Assembly: GCF_964355755.1 (NCBI RefSeq)
Contig: NC_092676.1
Span: 7,479,888 to 7,543,887, forward strand
Direction of reading: 5' to 3'
From: Antedon mediterranea
Lineage: Eukaryota; Animalia; Echinodermata
DNA length: 64,000 bases
Of the stretch, positions 39,735 to 52,149 are shown one piece after another. The translations under genes were made by a program, and so were the position numbers. Below the pieces are notes generated by a model, which saw only the letters and a program-made list of their open reading frames with translations, had not been told where the DNA came from and did not search any database. Every line of letters begins with the position of its first letter. The first letter of the stretch is position 1.

Positions 39735-42700
39735 TTCATGTTGTAAAAACTACTGCTTTTTTTAAAATTTTAAAACATTGAACAAGGACTGGATTAAAAA
39801 CTATTTCTAACCAATAAGATTACCGGATGATAGTCAAACAAACAATGAAGGAAACTAACAGGAAAGTAAAACGACCCGTAGGAAGACCAAAAAATAACTG
39901 GATGAATCAAATAAAGAAAGACTTACAAGGACTAGTAGACACTAACACAATAACAAACCATCCTGCCATAAACAGAAAAAAATGGAAACAAATTGTGGAA
40001 AGCGTAATGTCGGAAGACGGAACACGTTAACAACAACAACAACAAAAAACCAATAAGAAACTTCACGACGGACCGTTCTGATGCTAGAAAATGATTGCCT
40101 ATTTAATGGTGGCTTAATTGCATCTCAACTAGGCTAGCCTAGTATTTTTACTTATATTTCATTACTATGCCTATATTTTGTTTTATAATTAATTTGTTTG
40201 TGCAGTAGGCCTAGTCGTTTTGTTATGCTGAGTTGAGGCCTGCTATATGTCTCAATCTTACATGGCATGGAACATATCAAAAGATGTGAATTTGTTCATT
40301 TAACATCTGCATGTAAGCCAAAGTATATTAGTTGATGAAAATCTCACAGGTGAATAAATATTAATCCAAAGTATAAACTGTCTCTAGTCTATAGGCCTAC
40401 ACAATTTTATATATTCCGTAAAGTTCACTATCCATCACAACTTCTGGGCTGGTTAATTGCATATCTTGAACATGCCATTATTTGATATGGCCAATTTTCA
40501 ATCCCGCAAAAATAGAATGAACATAGATTGTAAGATATTTACCAGTATTTAACCCAGTAAAACCTGATTTTTGTGGTTATTGATAAATCATTCAGTAAAG
40601 TAATTATAAACACATTTCAGGAAATTTAATGCAACGTTTTGATGTGTGTTGTTTCGTACGTTCACTCAAGCACAAAAACATTAAATTAAACTATGGCATT
40701 GACAACACATACACGAAACGGTACAGTAACAATTGAGCCTACATCAAAGTTATAGTATTCATAAGTGCGCACCTGTAATGTTTCGATACTAAAGCATCAC
40801 TATTTGAATGCCTAGACATGAACGTGGGGGTAACTGTTTTCGATGCTCACTAAAACATATCAATGTTAAATCAATATTACGTTATATAGGGGGTCTCTGT
40901 TTTCGAGAAAAACTAATCTGTCAAATCTTAAAAGCCATTTAATAAATTCAGATACCAATTCTCTGCATATGATTAACGAACTTCAATAAATATTGGATCA
41001 ACTTTTTGAGCCATATTTTACGGCAACAGATTGACAGCACCAAATGTTAAGCTTACTCACTGTTATACACAATTGTACAACCTACATGCCTCATTCTAAT
41101 TAGTTTGTACAGGTGGGATATGTAACTCAACTGATAATACAGGAAGAACAATACTGATAACAACTGTTTCATCTTGCCTACTGGCACCATTTAGACATAA
41201 CACGCAACATAAAAATAAATGACAATAATAATATGTCCACTGCACTGAATAATGTTGATAACAGTATCCGAACAGATTTAGTGGGGTCTGTGTTGTCGAC
41301 AAAAACCTCTAAAACAGACACCCCTTACATTAATGTAATAAGGTATTTTTAGAAAAGTAGCAACTCTAACCGTTTAAGCCCAAAAATTATTGCTGTCCGC
41401 AAGAATAATTCTTCGACGCCCCACACTTGCATTGACCTAATTATCGAAAAGACTTTTGCTTTATTAAACAAAAAGTTTTATGTCTGAATTTTGTTACAAA
41501 CCCTTTCAACATTTGTAATTTCCGCATACATACCATTTATAATAATTATATACATTCATTTTTTATTTGTCATCGCAAGATTTAAAATTATTCTTCTGTG
41601 CCTGTGGTGTTCGCCGAATTGTACGCAAACTTTTTAAACGAATTTATGAAATTTAACAGAGGTTTACTATCGATACAGAACAATAACACAGGCTGACATT
41701 TCGACCCAACTCAATATCAATCACAACTCTTCAACTTACAATTCCAAACACATATATCACAAAATTCACCCAAATGACTTACGAAAGCATCCTACATTGA
41801 CTAACCTCTCGACCCACAACCGCTAGGTGCAAACTTCTCAATTTGAAACTGCCCTTTCATTTTCCCACGTCCCCCCACCCACTATTCTCAAACGATCTCC
41901 GACATTGCATTGGTATCGACAACATAATGTTGAACATATTATAACTATTTATAATATAAACAAAGAATTATATAGCGAAACCATAATTTAAAATACGAAT
42001 TTATAAACTTTTTTAGGCTAAATGTATGAAGATTGAACGAATACTCACAATCAAAACGTTAACATTATGACTTTACAATTTGAAACAATGTTCAAAACTA
42101 ACATGTTCAAAATTGCAGATGCAATTAACATAGATGCTTAAAACATTGTAAAAACCCGTTTGCAATTAACATTCAAATAACAATTTCTGAACTTCCACAT
42201 GAATGTTTGAATATGACATTTCAACATTGTTAATAACGTTAACATGATCATTCAATAACATTTTGCAATGTTCACATTACGTCTAATTGCGGTATTGTTG
42301 TTTTCGCAACATATAAACTTCATACACAAAAAAGCATTCACAGTTAGCTAGACATTAAAACAGTTTTCGAAGTCCCTGTTTCCGACAGTTCATGCACATT
42401 AATAAATAAGATAAAACTATGACAAAACAAATACTTAAATTTTACATGCGGGTGGTTAGATGATGACGTCATACTATTAGACAGTTATTACTGGAGCGAC
42501 TGTGCAGTTGGTGGAATATACCCATTGATAATTCCTTGAATGTGATGCACGCTGCCCATCCTTTTGTGTTCAAATACAAAATGTTACTTTTCACATTTCC
42601 AAGTCACTTTTCATCATTTTCATGTCATATCCAGCTTGTCTAAATTTCCCACAGCTCCGGTTACAACAAAACGTCAATTTCCATGATACTTTGATCAGTT

Positions 42701-43740
42701 TATATTGATAACATTAACGCGTAATCGTACAAAGGTTGGGTGTCACGAAACCTAAGACCACGAAAGCTAAGACCCCCCTAAGACCTAAGATCACGAAAGC
42801 TAAGACCCAAATTGTTAACTTTAATTTATTGACATATCCAATGTTATTCCCCAAATCATACAAGTACAAAACGGTTCCGGTTGTTTACCAATATTATTTA
42901 TTTAAAAATCCAGACGATAATAATGGCGTCCATGTACAATCATTTTACAAATTGTGGTCAACTATATATCTCAGCACAAAAAGTAGATAGTCCTAGACCT
43001 TTACCCACCCAAAGTCCACTTCTTTTAAGAACAATTATTCTTAATAATGTTAATTATCAAAGCCCATACTAAAGCACTACTAATACATTGTAACTATACT
43101 GCCATGCATGTTTTCTAACCTATAAAATATCCTAGTACTGCATTAGACATTGAAATAATAAGATATTCATTACCCTATACTCTCTTAAATTCATCGATTG
43201 AACTTTGCCCTATTCGTATTTGAATCAAGTTTTGTAGACATGACAAATGTGTATCTTATGTAAGTTCATGTTGTAAAAAATTATGCTTTTTTAAAACTTT
43301 ACAACAGAAAAGGGACTGTATTTCCAACCAATAAGAAACTTCGCGACGGTCGTCCTGATGCTAGAAAATGATTGCCTAATTTTTAGTGGCTTGATTGTAC
43401 CTGAACCAGGTTAACCTACTATTTCTACTATTTTGCTACTATGCCTATGTTAGGTTTCATAATTAATTTTGTGCACAATCTAGTCGTCTTGTTATGCTGA
43501 TTTGAGGCCTATTATATGCCTCAATCTTACAGGACATGGACCATATCAAAAGCTGTGAATTTCTTCATTAAAAACCTCCATGTAGGCCTAGGCCTAAACA
43601 TATTTGTTAATAGTAGGCCTACAACTTAATTTCATTAAAAAAATTACGATCAAATATTCAGGGGCAACACTTCATGGAAATCTTACAAGTGAACAAATAT
43701 TAATCCAAAGTATAAACTGTATTTCTCTACAGGCGTAGAC
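39735..43740. repeat. Diverged direct duplication (39735-40400 vs 43265-43740)
   Basis: Shared CTGATGCTAGAAAATGATTGCCTA, TTATGCTGA.TTGAGGCCT and AATATTAATCCAAAGTATAAACTGT blocks. Confidence 0.8.
39820..40047 (+). mobile_element. 5'-truncated RTE-like LINE insertion with (CAA)n tail and 11-bp TSD
   Basis: KRPVGRPKNNWMNQIKKDL...NRKKWKQIV C-terminus; AACCAATAAGA at 39809-39819 and 40048-40058. Confidence 0.88.
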
Positions 43741-46105
43741 AAACATCTTCTCTTAAAGAAAATGAACCAAAAAGAAGAACGAATTAAATAAATAATCTAC
43801 ATTCACTGGGAAAAAACCCAGGAAATCTCACAATAGGATTTGTAAAAGTGGTGAAAAATAAGGCCTATATCGAGAAGTATTAAGTGAATTGAGACGTGCG
43901 TACACGACGAAAACAAATGGATTATTATGCTCGGAAACGCTTGGTTATTCAGCAAAGTTGACAACCATGTATAACATCGTGCGTTAAGCTTATGATCAAT
44001 TTATTTTCGTACCGTTCAACATTTCCAATTTCCACAAACATAACTTTCTTTATATTCATTCATTTCGTAATTGTCATTGACAGATTTAGATATATAGTAT
44101 GTCTAAGTTCCTGAAATATTCATTGTAATATGCCACGTTATATATTTATAAACTTACAGTAAATTTCTCTCGTCCCTAACGGATTGTCGGAAGACTTTTT
44201 TGTGCAATATAACAGATCTGTCAACTTCCGAGACACATACTGACATATTCCTCAAAATTAATTATCGATTACAATTTATGGGACTCTTACAAACACATTT
44301 TGCAGAATTAACCCACATTACTAATGCCACCGTCCTACTTTAACTAACCTTTCGCGGCCACACCTCGACAGAACCCGTCATGTTTTAAACAAGCAGATCA
44401 ATCTTATTTTGGTGGACATACATAATTATGTACATATGTCATAATATTTAATTTTTAGAATGACCTGCATTTACGATCATATGATGTGGATTTCTATAAC
44501 AACAACAATCAGATTCAACACGCACAAACAAAGCCATAGCTAATTTACATCATACATAAAGAAAATTCCGTTTAGCTATTATTGTTATTGATAATGTGAT
44601 GAATTGGATTAATTGAGTATTGAGGGCGCTGCGTAGTCATTCTGTATTGGAATACAGGTGACACTGTGTGATAAAAGACCGTGCGTAAGCAGTTTTGTTC
44701 ATTGTGTTTCAGGCTCTCGCTATGTTACTACAGTTTTGTTTGAGAGTTTGTTTAAGCTCTTGCTATGTTCTTATTTTGTAAGTACTAAGCTTAACTTGTA
44801 TATGTATAAGCAACTGATTTACCATGTTAACTATAATCATGCTTACAATTAATGAAACTTGCATTTACAATTTATCTTAGTTTTGCTCGATCGGAAGTAT
44901 AATAATCAGGAGTTGTTATCTTGTTATCACGAGTTGATGCTGTGTCATACGTTGGTGTTGTATAACTTGAGGTACTATCATATTGTGATTGTTTGTTGTT
45001 GGATTGGTGTTGTGAATTATTACATTATTACTTATTGTTATAATTGACTTTTAGATACAGTGATTGTTATTTGTTATCTTTACATGGCTTGAATCTTGAA
45101 TCTTGAATTTCTGTATTTGAAATGATTCAGGCGCGCTATGTAATTATTTGACGCTGAAGTAGCCTACAATACGAAACTAATAAATCGGACTGAAGGAACG
45201 AAACCAAGTGTATTCTCCTCTTTATTTGTTCGGAACCACGACAATAATAACTTCCATTTCTGTATAAACATTTTCATTAAGCAATGCTGTTTGAATATAT
45301 ATATATATATATTTGGTTTCTGCTTTTTAAATTAGATAGCTACAGTATAATCATTATAATCAGTGCCTCACCAAAAATGTTTTGAGGCATCGCAATATTA
45401 AATACTATCGTATACTATATAGATACGGTTCTACAGTCTACACATTATCCTGTGATACAGTATGTCCTACAAAAAGACCACATCACTACGGACATAACAT
45501 TAGTAAATTAGCCTTCTCATACGGAAACTGTACTATAAAAGGCAGATAACATATTTAATGTTATTTCATAAATACTATACTTAACATGAATGGCTAAATT
45601 ATTGTAGAACTGAAATGCTGACAAAGCCATATTGTACAATGGACTGTCTAAAATATTATTTAACTCTTCCCATAGGTCTACTAAGGAAATTGAATTAAAA
45701 ACGTTTATTCTAATTATCTAACATACCCTTGCCTTATGTAGTCTAGAAATCAAATAATGTATTTAATAATTAAATTTAATTAAATGAACCATGTTTCCGT
45801 TTAGGCATTACTTACAATACCTAAAATGATGTTTGTGGATCAGTTAGGCTACTAGGCCTATAAATTAAATTTTGCAAGTAACTTGTCATTATTCTTTTGT
45901 ATTTCTAACAGATTAATTTATTTACTTTATATTATTATCATTAGGGCCCTATCTAAGATGTTTGCGTTGGACTGCCTATTCATTACCACGCAATTGCGCC
46001 GAATACCGCATATTCCATAGCCATTGTGTAACATTTTTGCATGTTCAAACCATGGAGTCTTACTCCATGTTCTAACAAAGTGATGAATGTGTCGAATATC
46101 GCTTA

Positions 46106-46284
46106 AGCTTGGTTCCCACTAGAACGTAACGCAAGGACGTAAACGCAACGCAAGCGTTTTCACCAATGACAAGCGAAGTTATAGACAGTTAGCAATCACA
46201 AGCGAATAAGCCATCGCTTGTGATTGGTCAATTCACTTGCGTTGCGTTACGTCCTTGCGTTGCGTCACTAGTGGGAACTACGCT
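46106..46284. mobile_element. PIF/Harbinger-type MITE
   Basis: AGCTTGGTTCCCACTAG / CTAGTGGGAACTACGCT inverted ends, palindromic body, TTA on both flanks. Confidence 0.8.
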
Positions 46285-46749
46285 TTATCACCAAATTACG
46301 CGGTAAATACTCGTCACACGAAAATGATTGACGAATGCATTAATTGGTTACAACCTTTAATTATTATTGAGTAAAATTTTTTATGGACACTTCAAAACTA
46401 TTCATTTGAAATATCTTTACATAGTTACCACCACAATAATGGACATCCGCTTTTTTCTTAGACAATGACCGTGTAAAAAGAAGCCTACCTTTTCTACAAT
46501 CGCGGTTTCCTCGACGCGAAACATACCGGTTCGTGTGACGAGTGACGAACTTTTACTCTGCCTGCTGCTGTATGAAAATGGCAAACTCCGGTGGTGCCTA
46601 TGCCTTATCGAAAAAAATCCCCAACAGTTTTTCTTATCACAACTCATTTATCAATTTCTTTCGGCAGTTTACTATATTTAAAATATTATATATTACAATG
46701 GTCCAGGTTCAAGGAAGTTTAATATAGGTAAAAGTTTGGCCAGCCTCTC

Positions 46750-49700
46750 ACAGGTAGTGTTGACTGCGCTACCGTGCGGACGTGTGCTCGAATCGCTCCT
46801 CAAAAATTTTAAACATGTTTTAACTCTCTCTGTTTTTAACCTTTTTAAGCTTTTTTGATGTGTTTTTATTACATATGTATGCTGAGTATTGTCTAGTGAA
46901 CCTTTTGATGTCGTTTTTTAATCGGTTTTATTGAATTCTTGATGTAATATTTTACGACGTGTGTTAAGCCTGGACAAACAGCGTTGGATTCCAACTGTAC
47001 CGCGACCACCCATTGTTCTACTACGACAACCGTGATTTTCGCGCGAAACCTAATTCGACCGACGATCACTAGGCCTAGGGGAGCATAGACGTATCTTCAA
47101 TTAGCATTGCCTTCGCATTTTCTTAATATTACTGAACATGAGCTCTTATTCAAGATCCCTTTTAACTGAACTGTTTATTTCGTATTTATTTTTGAGTTTC
47201 ATAGCCCAATGAATTCGGCGCCATTCCTCGTCACATGATTTGCATTGGAATGTGGACTGGAATTCAAAGCATTCTGACTGGCTCGCCTTAACAAGTTTTC
47301 ATGTAAGTTACTCTTCACTTGTTTTATTGACGACAACACACAGCAGTAACCGAAGAACTGGCTTACAGAAGATACAACCAATGACCAAGATAAGTAAACA
47401 CAAAACTTTAATAGCTCTATTAATTATTTTATCTGGTGACTGTGAAGTAAATCCAGGCCCAGCTAAGCACCCGTGTGGCTCATGCAACAAACCAGTAGTA
47501 ACCACACATAGAGCAGTCTTCTGTAGTACCTGCAAGTATTGGTTCCACATTAAATGTGCTGGAATTTCACCTGACCAATACATAAACATACAAAATATTC
47601 CATCAAATTGTAAATGGTACTGCACACCCTGCAAAAGTAGAGATGAATGTCCACTATGTGAGGAACGTGTAATGGAAGATCGCTTTGATGTGAAAACTGC
47701 GACAACTGGTACCATACAAAGTGTTGCAATATTTCCACTAAACAGTACCGTAAGCTACAGAAATCAGACGCAAATGTTGTTTGGTTTTGCCTATAACGAT
47801 GAATCTCCCGTATGTACAAACTCTTTCTCAGCCTTAAGCGATGAGAGTGATGATGATGATGTAATGCATGACCCCATAACTGCGGATAACGATAATAATT
47901 CTCGTCATAAAGCAAAAAAGAAGACTACATTAAAAATACTTATCGCGAACTGCTGCAGTATACGGAGTATATCTAAGCAAGCTGAACTCCAATCACTTAT
48001 TGAAACAGAAAATCCTGACATAGTATTGTGCACAGAAACCCACCTCGATGAGACATATCCTGTGCAAACAGGGGTACCACCAGGCTATGACGCATATCGA
48101 ACCGATGACCGATGGGGTGCTGGCGGAACACTTCTCGCATTTAAAGAAAATCTACTTGTATCACCGGTTGAAAATGAGAATGCTCCCGCAGTATGGGGTA
48201 AATTACTCTCCAAAGGGAACATGCCTATTTTTGTTGGATCCTTTTACAGGAATCCATCATCGGGACAAGAAATGCTCGACAGTCTGGAGGACAATCTCAG
48301 AAAAATGATTACTGGCAACTCTTTACCACTCATTATTAGGAAGCGACATTAATCTGCCAAGTATAGACTGGGAAACTATCTCAGTCCAACCAAACCCCCA
48401 ATATGGTATGTCAATCAACCAGAAATTCCTTGACCTAATAAATAATTTTTCTTTAACTCAACATGTCCTAGAACCTACAAGAATGAACAACATACTTGAT
48501 ATTTTGCTAACTACATATCCCTCTTGCGTGGAAAATGTAAGAGTAATACCAGGGATTAGTGACCATCACGCAGTAGTTGCAGAAATAAACACCTCGGTAA
48601 AGACAAACAAGAAAAAATCAAGACAAATCTACATGTTCAAAAAGGGAAATATGGACGCAGTAAAAACCGACCTAAAACACATTAATACCAATACTGAAGA
48701 AAATTCTGTAAATGAAAATTGGATCACATTACGGGAAAGTATCATAAACATTATCAACTGCCACATACCTCGGAAAACCATAAAGAACGGAAGAGGCATT
48801 CCATGGATGAATGATGAAATAAGAAAAATGATAAAACGACGTAAAAGAGTCTATAGAAAAGCAATAAGATCTGGAAAGGATGATGACTGGATGCAATTTC
48901 GTACTCTAAGGAACTCCATTAGAAGAAAACTAGATAAAGCACAACTTAACTACATTAAAGGAATTCTAAATTATAGAAAACCTCCATACTGCCCTAAATA
49001 AATTTTGGTCATTTATTGCACACAAAAAGAAAGATCGTACTGGATTACCACCATTATCATCCCAATCTGGACTTGTATATACAAGTACCGAAAAAGCTGA
49101 AGTTTTTAACTCACAATATACCAGCGTCTTCACCCAAGAAGAAAGCACATCAATACCTTCTATAGGCAATCAATTTCCTGAAATGGAGGACTTTGAAATA
49201 GACATTGCAGGTGTATCAAAACTCTTAGAAAACCTTAACCCCCATAAAGCGCCTGGACCCGATCAAATCCCGATACGTATTTTGAAAGAATGTTCAAATG
49301 AGATCGCCCCAATACTAACGCATATTGTTAGTCAATCACTACAAACAGGAAGTCTTCCAGATGACTGGATATCAGCTAATGTCTGTCCTATTTATAAGAA
49401 GGGAGATAAATCATCACCTGCAAACTATAGACCCGTTTCATTAACATCGGTATGCTGTAAGCTACTGAAACATATCCTATTTCACAACATCATGGCTCAT
49501 ATTGAAAAGTTCAACATCATCAAGCCATACCAGCATGGCTTTCTGAAGAAACATTCATGTGAAACTCAACTCTTAAACACAATTGAAGAAATCAGCCCCC
49601 ATCTTGACCAAGGAAGTAAACGCCAAATTGATGTACAAATACTTGACTTCAGTAAAGCGTTTGACACGGTTGCGCACTACTCCACAAACTCAGCAAATAT

Positions 49701-50832
49701 GGAATATCAGGAAAAACTCTAAACTGGATCCAGTATTGGCTTACAAATAGAAACCAATGTGTCATAGTTGATGGAGAGATATCAAAAACAGCAAAGGTAA
49801 CATCAGGAGTGCCTCAAGGCACGGTACTTGGTCCGTTAATGTTTCTATTATACATGATCAATGACATCGGAGACGATATTAGCACCGGTACAACCATAAC
49901 ATTATTTGCTGATGACTGTTTACTCTTTCGACCTGTAAATAAAATAGCAGACCAAGAACAACTACAACATGACCTTGATCAAGTAGTCCAATGGTCTAAA
50001 AAATGGCAGATGTCTTTTAATCCATCAAAATGCTATACAATGAACATGACGAGGAGTAAAAATCCACTTACACTTGAATACAAGATGAAAGGAGAGATTC
50101 TAACCACTGTCAAGAGCAGCAAATACCTTGGAGTCTTAATAACAAATGATCTATCATGGGAACCACACATAAACCAAGTTATAAACGATTCCAATAAGAT
50201 TCTAGGCTTCCTAAGGAGAAACTTCTCTCGATGCGACTCTCGTATTAAGGCAACTGCCTATCAATCACTAGTTCGTTCAAAACTTGAATATGCAGCTACA
50301 GTATGGGATCCCCATCAATCACAACTTATAAACAAGCTTGAAATGGTACAATGAAGAGCTGCAAGATTTGCAACATCCGATTACAGCAGAAGAACATCAA
50401 GTGTCACATCCATGCTACACGCACTACACTGGCCAACTCTTCAACAACGTAGGAAAAAGAAAAGATTAATGTTACTAAAACGAGCTATTAATGAGGAGAT
50501 AGCCATTGACATCCCATCATATGTTAAGAAACCATCACGTCAACAACGAAATACGAACTTGCATAAATATACGCCGATATTCTGTCGTACACAATGCTAC
50601 AAATACAGTTTTCTGCCCAGAACATTAAATGACTGGAACAGCCTCCCGACCGAAACCGCGCTGTCTCAAAAAGCCGCATTTGAGCAAGCCCTTGATAAAT
50701 TCATAAAAAGTTTAGGCCTATAGATACAGTAAATAAATAAAACTGAGCACACGTGGCGTACCGTAAGCTGCAAACACACTGGATTATAGTGCTGAAATCA
50801 GCGATGTCCAGTTATCATTCTGGAGATTCTGA
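46750..50832 (+). mobile_element. Near full-length CR1/L2-group LINE: 2A-like peptide, PHD, APE endonuclease, RT; frameshifted
   Basis: SGDCEVNPGP; C..C..C..C..WFHIKC..WYC..C; NCCSI, TETHLD, SDH; QHGF, DFSKAFD, PQGTVLGP, FADD; YSFLPRT...WN. Confidence 0.92.
47390..47461 (+). other. 2A-like (StopGo) peptide coding sequence KHKTLIALLIILSGDCEVNPGP
   Basis: Hydrophobic helix followed by D-x-E-x-NPGP at the N-terminus of the LINE ORF. Confidence 0.75.
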
Positions 50833-51349
50833 AGGCTCCCGATCCATTGCTCTAACCTCCGGCCGACCGGGCAACCAATGTTGATGATATATCTAGTGTA
50901 GGTAATTTTCCATAACCTGTGTAGTTGATAATTATTTAGTAATATTTCCTCTTACAAATAACTGAATTTTATACGTCGCCTTCCTTGCAGGCTATTTGTA
51001 AGAAGTATTGTCACGTCGGCCACATACAATATCTATGGAACGCCAAAACCGCCACACAATGTCCCACTTATTATTCATACAGTAACACACACACACTGAA
51101 TCTATTATTTTTGCTTTTAAAATTGTACATTGTTATCGGTAATTCTCACATCTTAAGTTGTATACTGGGCTAAGGTGTAGACACAATGGTCAAGACAGCG
51201 CCTTGAACCTGTACCAATTGCATACCTTTGGTTTACGCCACCCCTAACTTAAAAAATTAATTTCCATCCATAATTACACAACATGTGATATTCAGTTGAT
51301 GCATCCTTGTTTCTTATAACTAAGGCTTGTTTTAATCTCCAGGAACTGA

Positions 51350-51720
51350 TGCAGAATTGTAAAGTGGTATTCTTGAACTGTATGACTTTAAAATACAGCA
51401 ACGCAATCTTTAGCAAGTTGGCGTCTGATCTTGGAATTGAGATTTCAAACAAACAAGATGCAACAAAACAACTTGAAAAAGAGTTCACACAAAAAGGACA
51501 GATGACGTCGTAATGGTCAACCGAAGTTCAGTACGCGCCAGCAACAAAGTAAGACATCGCAAAAGTATCACGCGAAGCGACAACAATATGGAAGTAAAAC
51601 AAAATGTTTCAACTGTGGAAAGTCATTCCCACATGAGAACGGTAAGCAATCTTGTCCAGCCTATAGCAAGGAATGCCACGGATGTGGGAAAATCAGACAT
51701 TTTGTTAAATTTGGTAAAAA
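51350..51720 (+). mobile_element. Decayed Gypsy gag fragment
   Basis: In a frame not listed: CFNCGKSFPHENGKQSCPAYSKECHGCGKIRHF, paired zinc knuckles (~51604-51712). Confidence 0.65.
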
Positions 51721-52149
51721 GGAAAATATGTACATTTAAGTTTGTTGAAATACCCCCAAACGTATGTCCATTCCGACACGTTGGCTTATATCCAGAGCAA
51801 ATAAGTAAGCAAGTCTACTGTTTTTCATCTATACAACACATTGACCATACGTTAAAACTCAAATACTATATTTTACTAAGAATTTGGCTGAATGCCAGGG
51901 AATCAAAATCTGACCGTCCAAAAAAATGTCCACTCCGACACCTCATAAACTACTATTAATTTTTATGTTAATAATACTAAAACTTGAATATTCATAGCAC
52001 AAGTTATAAGCTGACATACTACAATAATAAACTGTACATATCATTTTCCTAAACCCAAGTATTAATTCACTATCACATACAGTTTAGAATAGGTGAAATT
52101 ACGGGACCCGCTATTTATTGCACTAGTTTAATAGTGTAGACAGAGCTTA

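Larger units (their letters stand above)
38210..41045. repeat. Diverged local direct duplication (38214-38774 vs 40761-41045)
   Basis: Shared blocks ATAAGTG.GCAC.TGTAATGTTT.GATACTAAAGCATCACTA and ACTAATCTGTCAAATCTTAAA...GACAGCACCAAAT. Confidence 0.75.

Noticed and set aside
44595-45082. Possible solo LTR (TGTGAT...TTACA)
   Set aside because: No TSD and no second copy in the window
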